IMG/VR virus record: IMGVR_UViG_3300025030_001282 | Location: 1 to 64,000 of that record | Direction: 5' to 3' (one strand) | DNA from: a virus | Length of the DNA stretch: 64,000 nt | Made by a program: the position numbers and the translations under genes | Shown: in pieces, positions 1-8,188 of the stretch | Layout: every line of letters begins with the position of its first letter | Numbering within the stretch: the first letter of the stretch is position 1 | The notes under the pieces: generated by a model | The model's input: only the letters and a program-made list of their open reading frames with translations | What the model was told of the DNA's origin: nothing | Database searches by the model: none

Positions 1-484
1 CGGGAAGCACGAGCCGATGCAGTACGGCTGGAAGGAAGGCGCGGCGCACTACTTCAACGGGGACTTTTCCCAGACCACCGTGATCGACGACGACTTAGAC
101 CTCACCAAGCTATCCAAGCCGGACCTCCTGAAGATGGTTAAGGAACTGCGCCAGAAGGAACCCACCACCGTTATCAGAGTGGACAAGCCCCAGAAGTCGG
201 ACCTGCACCCCACCCAGAAGCCGGTCAGATTGGCAGAGCGCTGCATTATCGCCAGCAGCCGCCCAGGTGAGATAGTGCTGGACCTCTTCAACGGAGGGGG
301 GACCACCCTGATCGCCTGCAGGAAGACCGGCAGAAAGTACCGGGGCAACGAGCTGACGCCGGGCTACACCCAGACTACGCTCAAGCGCTACCAGGAATAT
401 TGCGGGGAAGAGCCCCTGCTACTCCTCCCGGACGGCAAGACCATCCCCTACAGCGAAGTCGAAAGGCAGAGGAGCAAGCAATGA
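1..484 (+). CDS. DNA N4/N6 methyltransferase, C-terminal part (5' end outside the window)
   Basis: HPTQKP and VLDLFNGGGTT (SAM-binding) motifs; sits upstream of terS, as is common in phages. Confidence 0.85.
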   Translation, partial: GKHEPMQYGWKEGAAHYFNGDFSQTTVIDDDLDLTKLSKPDLLKMVKELRQKEPTTVIRVDKPQKSDLHPTQKPVRLAERCIIASSRPGEIVLDLFNGGGTTLIACRKTGRKYRGNELTPGYTQTTLKRYQEYCGEEPLLLLPDGKTIPYSEVERQRSKQ

Positions 485-930
485 ACAGCTGGCAAGAAAA
501 ACGAGAGCGCGAGAGACAGGCCCAGGCGGGCACCCTCCTGAAGGCCTACAACGAATCGATCGAGGTAATGCGGCAGGAGGTGATCGCCAAGAAGGAAAGC
601 GTCATGGAGGCCTTCATCACCAAGGAGCTGAACACGATGATCCTCCCCACCCCGGAGGAGATCGGGCGGCGCGGCAGCATGCGGACCTTCACAGACGGCT
701 ACGAGGAGTTCATTTGGGACGGGGTACCGCGCATCGTGTTCCACCCGGTCGACCTGAAGGTGGTAGACGGCAAGCAGCGCATCGTCCAGGACTACCACAT
801 GGTGCGCCTTGACGAGGACGGGAAGGAGATCGTAGACGAGTTCCGGGCCGCGCACCCGGTCATGTCTCAGGAGGAGCAGGAAGCACAGTGCGTCAGGGAA
901 GACGAGGAGCCCGGCAATGGGAACTGCTAG
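481..930 (+). CDS. Hypothetical protein
   Basis: GAGGAG RBS, ATGA overlap with the upstream gene. Confidence 0.7.
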   Translation: MNSWQEKRERERQAQAGTLLKAYNESIEVMRQEVIAKKESVMEAFITKELNTMILPTPEEIGRRGSMRTFTDGYEEFIWDGVPRIVFHPVDLKVVDGKQRIVQDYHMVRLDEDGKEIVDEFRAAHPVMSQEEQEAQCVREDEEPGNGNC

Positions 931-1747
931 GACCACGCTGGCAGAGCTGCAGGCGGACCCCCATAACGCCGCCCTCCTGGCCGCAGGCTGGCTTATCGTC
1001 CCGTGCTCCTGCATGTGTGGCGGGGAGTGGGCATGGATTAACCCGGACAGCAGGATGCACGGCTGCGTTTGCCACAACACCCCGAACAAGAGCAACGACG
1101 CCATCGACGCGCTCCGGGAGGCTTTATCCAAGCCCACCGGGGAGATAGACGGCAACCTGCGGCTCGAAAACCTGGACCCGGCCCTCACCGAGGTGACGGT
1201 CACCCACAAGACCATCCACGCCATGAGAAAGCTCACCCGGAAGCGCAACGCCAAGGGCAGGCGTGTGATGAAGATCAGGTACATGAAGAGCCAGCCGAGA
1301 ACCCGCAAGGACTGGAGCAAGACGGAGTTCCGCGAGGTAGACTGCACGCACCTTGTCCCTCCCCTCCCGGCGATCGATTGCCTGACCGAGTGCGAGCACA
1401 TCGGGGCCTGCTGCAAATCGTTCGTCCTTTGGGTAAGCGGGATGCCCTGGCCGGAAACGCAGGACGCGATCGAGGCGCAGGCAGGGATAGACAAGAGGGG
1501 CCTCCCCTTCCAGGTCCAGGCGCACGGCAGCACGGTCTACACCGACACCAACGAGCTGACCGGGAAGCACGTCTGGTACCTGACCTGCAAGGCCCTGATG
1601 GACGACGGGCTCTGCGGCATTTACGACAACCGCCCGGACCTATGCAAAACCTTCCGCCCCGGCGCGGATCCGCTTTGCATCAAGCACCCGGACAACGAGG
1701 CAGCTAGAGCACGATTCGCGCTAGGCATGGGTGAGCCCATAGTGTAG
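917..1747 (+). CDS. YkgJ-like cysteine-cluster (Zn/Fe-chelating) protein
   Basis: C-terminal GACCK...CGIYDNRPDLCKTF motif. Confidence 0.65.
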   Translation: MGTARTTLAELQADPHNAALLAAGWLIVPCSCMCGGEWAWINPDSRMHGCVCHNTPNKSNDAIDALREALSKPTGEIDGNLRLENLDPALTEVTVTHKTIHAMRKLTRKRNAKGRRVMKIRYMKSQPRTRKDWSKTEFREVDCTHLVPPLPAIDCLTECEHIGACCKSFVLWVSGMPWPETQDAIEAQAGIDKRGLPFQVQAHGSTVYTDTNELTGKHVWYLTCKALMDDGLCGIYDNRPDLCKTFRPGADPLCIKHPDNEAARARFALGMGEPIV

Positions 1748-1777
1748 CGTATGCCAACACCAACAAGGGGACCGCCG

Positions 1778-2008
1778 ATGAAGAAGCAGACCGACATTGC
1801 AGTGAAGCTCAGAGAGATAGCCACCAGGGCGCAGGCAGACACCACCGACACCACGGCCCTGATAGAAGCAGCCGAAACCCTCGAGGAGAACGCCCGCATC
1901 GTTGAGCTGGCCGCACACCCGGAGTGCCCGGCAGGCCTTGGCTTCGGCGGAACCCTAGCATGGCACCGCGACAAGATCAATAAGCTCCGGCAGAGGCCCC
2001 AGGCATGA
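1778..2008 (+). CDS. Hypothetical protein
   Basis: AAGGGG RBS; translationally coupled to the next gene. Confidence 0.6.
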   Translation: MKKQTDIAVKLREIATRAQADTTDTTALIEAAETLEENARIVELAAHPECPAGLGFGGTLAWHRDKINKLRQRPQA

Positions 2009-2277
2009 CCAAGGAGCCAGCAGAACATGCGTACTCCGTCGAGGCGGAATACACAGAACCTGCTAATTCTGACCCGCGAAAGGCGCAGACCCTTGACGAG
2101 GCAGCGCAAAACCCGAACGGGACATGGGACGTGGCAAAGGCGCTCTCCTGGCTGACAGAAGTGCTGAGCCCCGGCAACGGCATCCCGGTAGAAGAGGTAA
2201 GGCAGCAGTTCGCAGCAGCAATCGAGAAGAAGCGGCAGCAGACCACACCAGGAGACGGCAATGACCCAGCAACCTGA
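2005..2277 (+). CDS. Hypothetical protein
   Basis: ATGA overlap, operon context. Confidence 0.55.
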   Translation: MTKEPAEHAYSVEAEYTEPANSDPRKAQTLDEAAQNPNGTWDVAKALSWLTEVLSPGNGIPVEEVRQQFAAAIEKKRQQTTPGDGNDPAT

Positions 2278-2836
2278 AAAGCCTGGAAGCAAGGCCAAGG
2301 GGCAAGCAGCTAAACCCTCGAAAAACAAGAAGAAACCGGAACCGAAGGCCCAGGCCCCGAGGAAGACGCCAAAGAAGCCCGACATCAAGGGACCGCGCAC
2401 CCGAGAGAAGAAGATCCTGAAGGAAACGAACCCGAAAGGCCGCCCGACGAAGTTCGTCCCGGAGACAATAGACAGGATTTTGCTGGCCCTGAAGGGCGGG
2501 AACTACATCGAAACGGCAGCCGCATTCGCAGGCGTGAACAAGACGACGCTGTACGAATGGCTGAAGCTTGGAGCAGCCGAAGAGGAGGGTCCGTACCGCG
2601 ATTTTTCCAACGCAGTAGAGGAATCGATAGCGATCGGAGAAGCCACAGACGTGCAACGTGTTGGAAATGCAGGGAAAGACGACTGGCGAGCGGCTGCATG
2701 GAGACTGGAGCGTAGACACTCGAAAAGATGGGGCCGCAAGGAGCACATCGAGGTCACGAAACCGAAACTGGAAGAAATGAGCGACGAGGAAATCATTGCA
2801 ATACTCGCGAGCGGAGCTGCAGAGGGAACTGAATAA
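2261..2836 (+). CDS. terS: Terminase small subunit (HTH)
   Basis: GRPTKF...AAAFAGVNKTTLYEW HTH and DWRAAAWRLERR motif; directly upstream of TerL. Confidence 0.75.
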   Translation: MTQQPEKPGSKAKGQAAKPSKNKKKPEPKAQAPRKTPKKPDIKGPRTREKKILKETNPKGRPTKFVPETIDRILLALKGGNYIETAAAFAGVNKTTLYEWLKLGAAEEEGPYRDFSNAVEESIAIGEATDVQRVGNAGKDDWRAAAWRLERRHSKRWGRKEHIEVTKPKLEEMSDEEIIAILASGAAEGTE

Positions 2837-4853
2837 GCGGGAAGAAGCGAAGAGGCTCGCCATCGCCAAGGAAGCAAGACGGCGCGGCCTGATCACGCTG
2901 GACACTTTCCTGGGCTCCATCAAGCCGGAGATCGTGCGCAATTGCCCGGACAACATGTTCGATTTTGTGGAGGGGCTCCGCAAGAAGGGCCTGCGCGTCG
3001 ACAACTTCCCCTTCCGCTGGGAGGGCTTCGAGTACCTGGAGGAGATATATCGCAACATCCGGTTCACCGGGCAGAGCAACGAGGAGGGCCTGAGCCTCAC
3101 GCTTATGTGTGGTGCCCAGGTGGCCAAGTCGGTGACCGCCTTCCTTTCCTGCACGCACATGCCCCTTTTCTTCTGGGGCCGGTACTTTGGCTACTACCTG
3201 CCGAACGAGAAGATGGCCAATGACTTTTCCGCCGAGCGTTACAAGCCGATGGTGCGAGGGATTGCCGAGATCAAGCCGCTATGGGGTAACGACCCGACCA
3301 GCGACGACAACGAGAAGCAGACCGACAAGAAGGGCGTTCGAACCATAGGCCCCTCGAAGATCATCTTCAGCTACATGGGCGGCTCGACCTCCACCGAAGG
3401 CTGGCCGCTGCTCGGCGTTTGCTTTGACGAGGTGCGCCGGATGCTGGACAAGGACATCGAACTCGTGCGCGAGCGTATGTCCCACTCGGCCTACCCGATT
3501 GAGATGCTGTTTTCCACGGCGGGGTTCCCGGACATCAACATCGACCTAGCGTTCAAGCAGAGCAACCAGAACAAGTTCCACACCCGCTGCGGCTGCAAAG
3601 ACGGCGTGATCCTGTCCGAGGTTTTCCCGCAATGCATCGCGGAGAACACCGGCATTGGCCCGGCCATGAAGAAGCTGCCGAAGTACTTCTACTGCTGCCC
3701 GATTTGCAAGACGATCATCCTGAATCCCAGGGACGGCCACTGGAGGATGCACAACCCCGCCAGCAAAAAGATGGGCTACCACATACCGCAGACCCTCTCC
3801 TGCGCCCAAACCGCAGGCAAGATTATCGAGGCCTTCCGCAACGCCAAGAACGTCCAGGAATTCTACAACTCGAAACTCGGCGTCAGCTACCTGCCGAAGG
3901 ACGCCATGATCGTGACCGAGGCGATACTGCGGGCCACGGTGAACAAAGACCTGAAGTGGCTGAAGACCGGGCGCAACTTTGCGATGGGCATCGATCAGAT
4001 GGGCAACTTTAACGTGGTGACCATCCGGTGCTGGGGCGAGAAAAGTGACTTAGGCGCGTACAAGTCCAGGCTGGTCCACCTGGAGATGATCTACTCGGAA
4101 GACCCGTGGGAGCGCTGCACCGAGCTGATGCAGCAGTATGACATAGCCGTCTGTGTCGCCGACGCGGCCCCGAACTTCAACGAGGCCCGGCGCTTCGCCA
4201 AAAAGCGGGAGCACGTTGGGCGCGTCTTCCTCTGCGAGTACAACTACACCCCAGAGAAGGGCGACGATGATATCTGCGAGTGGGGGGACCGACCGAAGAA
4301 GACCGTCAGTCAGCGGAAATCGAGCGAAGAGACGATCAACAAGTACCGCGTCCGCGCTAACCGCTACCTTGCCATCGAATGGAACCTGAAGAAGTTCGTC
4401 GAGCGCCTGAAGGAGCAGCCGGACGAGCGCACCCTTGACGCCACGTGGCAGAACGACCTGGGCAAGCCGGTGAACGGTCCGATCTGCCAGGACGTCTATT
4501 GGGTCCACCTGCAGAAGATCGCCAGGGTGATGGAGACGGACGAGGAGACAGGCGAGATCAAGATGAACTTCGTGAACCTCGGCCTGGATCCGCACTTCCT
4601 GCACGCTGACCTTTACTGCGAGCTGGCGCTGTCCAGGATCAATCCGGACCAGAAGGGGAAAGCGTTCGGGGACTACGGCGAGCGCGTGCGCAGTAAGGTC
4701 AAGAAGGGCGAACACGACTGGCAGCAGCAGGGAGCCACCCCCATCTACACCTGCAGCGAGTGCGGGCTGGCCGTGCGGATCAAGGGCGACCAGACCCCGC
4801 AGCAGGCAGCCGAGAAGGCGGGCTTCAAGAAGTGCGAGCCGAAGCAAGCATAA
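2796..4853 (+). CDS. terL: Terminase large subunit, GpA/SPO1-like
   Basis: Degenerate Walker A CGAQVAKS, Walker B CFDEV, MGID nuclease motif, Zn ribbons. Confidence 0.85.
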   Translation: MQYSRAELQRELNKREEAKRLAIAKEARRRGLITLDTFLGSIKPEIVRNCPDNMFDFVEGLRKKGLRVDNFPFRWEGFEYLEEIYRNIRFTGQSNEEGLSLTLMCGAQVAKSVTAFLSCTHMPLFFWGRYFGYYLPNEKMANDFSAERYKPMVRGIAEIKPLWGNDPTSDDNEKQTDKKGVRTIGPSKIIFSYMGGSTSTEGWPLLGVCFDEVRRMLDKDIELVRERMSHSAYPIEMLFSTAGFPDINIDLAFKQSNQNKFHTRCGCKDGVILSEVFPQCIAENTGIGPAMKKLPKYFYCCPICKTIILNPRDGHWRMHNPASKKMGYHIPQTLSCAQTAGKIIEAFRNAKNVQEFYNSKLGVSYLPKDAMIVTEAILRATVNKDLKWLKTGRNFAMGIDQMGNFNVVTIRCWGEKSDLGAYKSRLVHLEMIYSEDPWERCTELMQQYDIAVCVADAAPNFNEARRFAKKREHVGRVFLCEYNYTPEKGDDDICEWGDRPKKTVSQRKSSEETINKYRVRANRYLAIEWNLKKFVERLKEQPDERTLDATWQNDLGKPVNGPICQDVYWVHLQKIARVMETDEETGEIKMNFVNLGLDPHFLHADLYCELALSRINPDQKGKAFGDYGERVRSKVKKGEHDWQQQGATPIYTCSECGLAVRIKGDQTPQQAAEKAGFKKCEPKQA

Positions 4854-4916
4854 GCAGGGAAACCAATCGTAAAAGCACCGGGTTACAAATAGGCCGGGCC
4901 CTTAAAGGAGAGCACC

Positions 4917-5246
4917 ATGAAAGCGAAACCCGTCAAGCTAGTCCACGGAGAAGGATACATCGAGTGCCCCATATCGGAGGCCACCCACGTCACGCTGAAC
5001 ATACCCGGCCCGAGCGGCATCCTGACCTTGCCGGTGATCCTGAGCGGCACCAGGGAGGGGACCGGCTGCTGGTCCTGGAACGGGAGCACCGAGGCCCCGA
5101 CGCTTCGCCCGAGCGTGCTCACCAACGGGCACGACTTCCGCTGCCATTCGTGGATCAACGACGGGCAGGCGCAGTTCCTTACCGACAGCTCCCACGAGCA
5201 TGCGGGCAAGACCCTGGACCTCCTGGACGTGGACGCATCAGAGTAG
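4917..5246 (+). CDS. DUF6527-like protein
   Basis: WSWNGSTEAPTLRPSVL...CHSWINDG motif. Confidence 0.65.
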   Translation: MKAKPVKLVHGEGYIECPISEATHVTLNIPGPSGILTLPVILSGTREGTGCWSWNGSTEAPTLRPSVLTNGHDFRCHSWINDGQAQFLTDSSHEHAGKTLDLLDVDASE

Positions 5247-5278
5247 GCGGTAGCCTTTCCGATACCAGGGGGAATACC

Positions 5279-5479
5279 ATGACGCTTTCAACGCACCGGA
5301 CAATCCAACTCCACAACCTTGAGGATACCTGCTCGGCAAGAGCCCGTGTTTTGCGCCGTGGTGCCGACAACCTTGCTCGCATCGGGAATGACAAGGGCGC
5401 AGGCTATCAGCTGCGCCGCGCCCTGAAGGCTGAGCGGGTAGCGGCGAAGTGCCGCGCCCGCCTGGAAGCAACCGCGTGA
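5279..5479 (+). CDS. Hypothetical protein
   Basis: GGGGA RBS; start chosen inside ORF 4760..5479. Confidence 0.55.
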   Translation: MTLSTHRTIQLHNLEDTCSARARVLRRGADNLARIGNDKGAGYQLRRALKAERVAAKCRARLEATA

Positions 5480-5736
5480 CTACCAAGATTAAAAGGCCGC
5501 GAGCGAGCGACCCTCAAAACGATGGGCCTGCTCCTGCGTGCGCTGAAGAGTGCCTGTATAGGCAAAAGTTCACCGGCTTTGCTTTACAACGCAACGCGCT
5601 GCGCTCGGAGCTGGCCTCCATGATCGAGCCCTATCGTTGCGGCTGGAACATCAAACCGGGCGCTCTAGGCGGAGAACCGCTGGACTATGAGCCGTGCATA
5701 CACGTTCCATCGCCATTAAAAGCCGCGACCCGATAA
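5476..5736 (+). CDS. Hypothetical protein
   Basis: GTGA overlap. Confidence 0.45.
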   Translation: MTTKIKRPRASDPQNDGPAPACAEECLYRQKFTGFALQRNALRSELASMIEPYRCGWNIKPGALGGEPLDYEPCIHVPSPLKAATR

Positions 5737-5746
5737 AGGAGACAGC

Positions 5747-6439
5747 ATGAAGACTACCACCGACGAAATAGCGCTGGGCATCGTCAAGGCATGGCGAACC
5801 GGGGCGTACTATGACCAGTGCCAAGCCGACGCTGCGCTGCAGTCAGCCATCAACGACCAGCTGAAGCTGATCTACCGCCGCACCCGGCAGATGGAGGAGA
5901 TCGGCAAACTGATCCGGGAGCAGGACAACCGCATTACCGACGCCCCCATTTTTATCGTGCAGCAAAAGAACCGCATCTACGGCATGGACGACGGGTACAC
6001 CGACGCCTACGACTGGTGCCACACCGACGGCGAAGGGACCGCCGACGAGGTGCTGGCTAAGCGCCTGGACGCCAAGGACCGCCAAGGCAAGAGCACCGGC
6101 AAATGGGAGAAGATCGGGTACCAGGATACCTGGGAGTTCGTGACGGCCTGTTTTACCGAGCAGGCGTGCCTCGACTACCTGAAGCGGAACGGCCACAACC
6201 TGAAGGAGACGCGCATCTACGCCGACGGCAGCTACCGCAACGAGGAGTACCGGGCGGTCCGGGAGTTCCTGATGGGGATGCCCGAGCCGGAGATATGCGA
6301 GTGGACCGAGTGCCCCGAGGAGAACCCCAAGGCGACAAGGACCATGTGGAAGGGCGCATGCGGCTCAGCCGATCTTTTTCCCAGGACCGGACCCACGGGC
6401 ACCTGCCGCTGCGGCAAGCCGGTTAAGGTGACCGCATGA
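5747..6439 (+). CDS. Ead/Ea22-like phage protein
   Basis: QDNRITDAPIF...YLKRNGHNL motifs; AAGGAG RBS. Confidence 0.65.
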   Translation: MKTTTDEIALGIVKAWRTGAYYDQCQADAALQSAINDQLKLIYRRTRQMEEIGKLIREQDNRITDAPIFIVQQKNRIYGMDDGYTDAYDWCHTDGEGTADEVLAKRLDAKDRQGKSTGKWEKIGYQDTWEFVTACFTEQACLDYLKRNGHNLKETRIYADGSYRNEEYRAVREFLMGMPEPEICEWTECPEENPKATRTMWKGACGSADLFPRTGPTGTCRCGKPVKVTA

Positions 6440-6654
6440 ACCGCCTGGACGACGGCCCACCCATGAAGCGGCAGCACACCAGGAAGCAGAGCCGACTCGA
6501 AGACACCACCGGGCATAACGGACACTGTAAGCACGCGGACAGCGGGTACTGCAAGCACCCCGAAACCCAGCGCAATATCAGAAGGTGCAAGTACGCCATC
6601 CGCACCAACAAGCCAGGCGAAGACCCCTGCGTCGCATGCGAAAGGGAGCTGTAA
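6436..6654 (+). CDS. Cys/His-rich hypothetical protein
   Basis: ATGA overlap. Confidence 0.5.
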   Translation: MNRLDDGPPMKRQHTRKQSRLEDTTGHNGHCKHADSGYCKHPETQRNIRRCKYAIRTNKPGEDPCVACEREL

Positions 6655-6739
6655 TGGCACACCTCAGAACAGATTAAAGGGCGGCCTTTCTCATTGTGAG
6701 CAAGCTGTAGCGCATATCAACCACCAAAAGGAGACACAG

Positions 6740-7690
6740 ATGCAGACCGAGATCATCATGAAGGACGAACTTCGAGCGGAAGTAGAGGCGGCATCGGGCG
6801 GCAAGCAGACCATCATCCGCACTGCCAAAGGCCAGCCGAGCTATTTCAACATCATTCCCCGCGCCGACCTGCCGGGGCACCCGGCGTTCCTCGTGGGCGG
6901 CGTGGAGAAATCCGATCTGTTCCTTGGCACTTATCAGGCCACCGTCCGCGACGGCGAAGCGCTTTCCCTGCCCGGCGAGGATCCCACCACCAACATCAAT
7001 TACGACAGCGCCCGCGCCGTCTGCCTCGCCTGCGGTCCGGGCTTCCACATGCTCACGAACTGGGAATGGGCGCTGATCGCTCATTTGGTCGCCGCTGCCG
7101 GTAACGACGTGCGCGGTAACACCAACTGGGGCAAATCCCATTCGCACCCCGAGGAGCGCGGCACCTCGGCCAGGGGTACCAACAGGACGCTCACCGGCTC
7201 CGGTCCCGATGCGTGGCGGCACGACGGTACGCCGTATGGCATCGCCGATCTCGTGGGCAACGTCTGGGAATGGGTCGATGGCTTGAAGCTGGTATCCGGC
7301 CAGATCATCATGCCGCCCGACAACAATTTCAGCCTCGCTGAAGCGGAGTGGCCGACAACCGGGGTCTGCATCGACCTCGTGAACGGCGAGCCCGTCATCT
7401 CCAGCGAAGTCACCAAAAGGGGCTGGAATGGGAGGTACTTTAACGACGTCGTCTCTGCCAAGGGTTTCGAGGCCCCGGCCAGCATCAAGCAGGCGTTGCT
7501 TTGCCCCAGCGAGGCATCCCAGCTTCCAGGCTACTACTGGGCAGATAACACTGAGGGGTTCGAGGCTCTGCCGCTCCGTGGGGGCAGTTGGAGCTACACC
7601 TCCCATGCTGGCCTGGCTGCGTTGAGCTTGAACATCCAGCGCTCCATCGTGTACACGGGCCTCGGGTTCCGCCCCGCTTTTATCGGATAA
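6740..7690 (+). CDS. Mtd-like C-type-lectin/FGE-fold protein, probable DGR target
   Basis: VEAASGGKQT N-terminus, DLVGNVWEW, C-terminal RGGSW...GFRPA. Confidence 0.85.
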   Translation: MQTEIIMKDELRAEVEAASGGKQTIIRTAKGQPSYFNIIPRADLPGHPAFLVGGVEKSDLFLGTYQATVRDGEALSLPGEDPTTNINYDSARAVCLACGPGFHMLTNWEWALIAHLVAAAGNDVRGNTNWGKSHSHPEERGTSARGTNRTLTGSGPDAWRHDGTPYGIADLVGNVWEWVDGLKLVSGQIIMPPDNNFSLAEAEWPTTGVCIDLVNGEPVISSEVTKRGWNGRYFNDVVSAKGFEAPASIKQALLCPSEASQLPGYYWADNTEGFEALPLRGGSWSYTSHAGLAALSLNIQRSIVYTGLGFRPAFIG

Positions 7691-7759
7691 TCTGGTATCT
7701 GAGATCCTGATTATCTGAATGGGTTAGCAGGGGCGAAGAGCCCCTGCTGCCCGAAGGGC
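7571..7759 (+). other. Putative DGR variable repeat plus downstream homing hairpins
   Basis: NNC/NNT codons at the canonical variable positions; perfect stem AGCAGGGGC-GAAGA-GCCCCTGCT (7726-7748) with no T tract; GCCC-GAA-GGGC (7749-7759). Confidence 0.65.
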
Positions 7760-7806
7760 GATACGCCGGTACAACTGACGATGTTTTAAGCGAACCAGGA
7801 GGACGG

Positions 7807-8157
7807 ATGCTGTGCATTTTAATAACGGCGCTGGCCCTGACTATCCCTCTGCAGCGTCCGCACCTGACGCTCGCGCAAGGTATCGTCGAGAGCCACTGCA
7901 ACCCGTATGCAATAGGCAAGGCCAAAGAGAAGGGCGCGTACCAAGTGACTGAAAAGTATTGGGGTAAGGTGCCGCAGGGGCACACGGCCCAGGCTCAGCA
8001 GGCAGAGCAAATCATGAACGAGCTACTGCTGGCATCCGGCAACGACGTGAGCCACGCGCTGGAGCTTTACAACGGCGGCGAGTCCAACAAGGCGACCAGG
8101 AAGTACCGGCAACGGGTTATAAGCAAGGCGCTGGAACTCGCAATGCTCGGAGAGTAG
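7807..8157 (+). CDS. Small SLT/lysozyme-fold protein with hydrophobic N-terminus
   Basis: VES...GAYQV...YNGG lytic transglycosylase motifs. Confidence 0.7.
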   Translation: MLCILITALALTIPLQRPHLTLAQGIVESHCNPYAIGKAKEKGAYQVTEKYWGKVPQGHTAQAQQAEQIMNELLLASGNDVSHALELYNGGESNKATRKYRQRVISKALELAMLGE

Positions 8158-8188
8158 GAAGCAGCACACCACCAACCAAGGAGGCAAC

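Noticed and set aside
7726-7748. Hairpin as an intrinsic terminator
   Set aside because: No T tract on either strand; fits a DGR homing hairpin better
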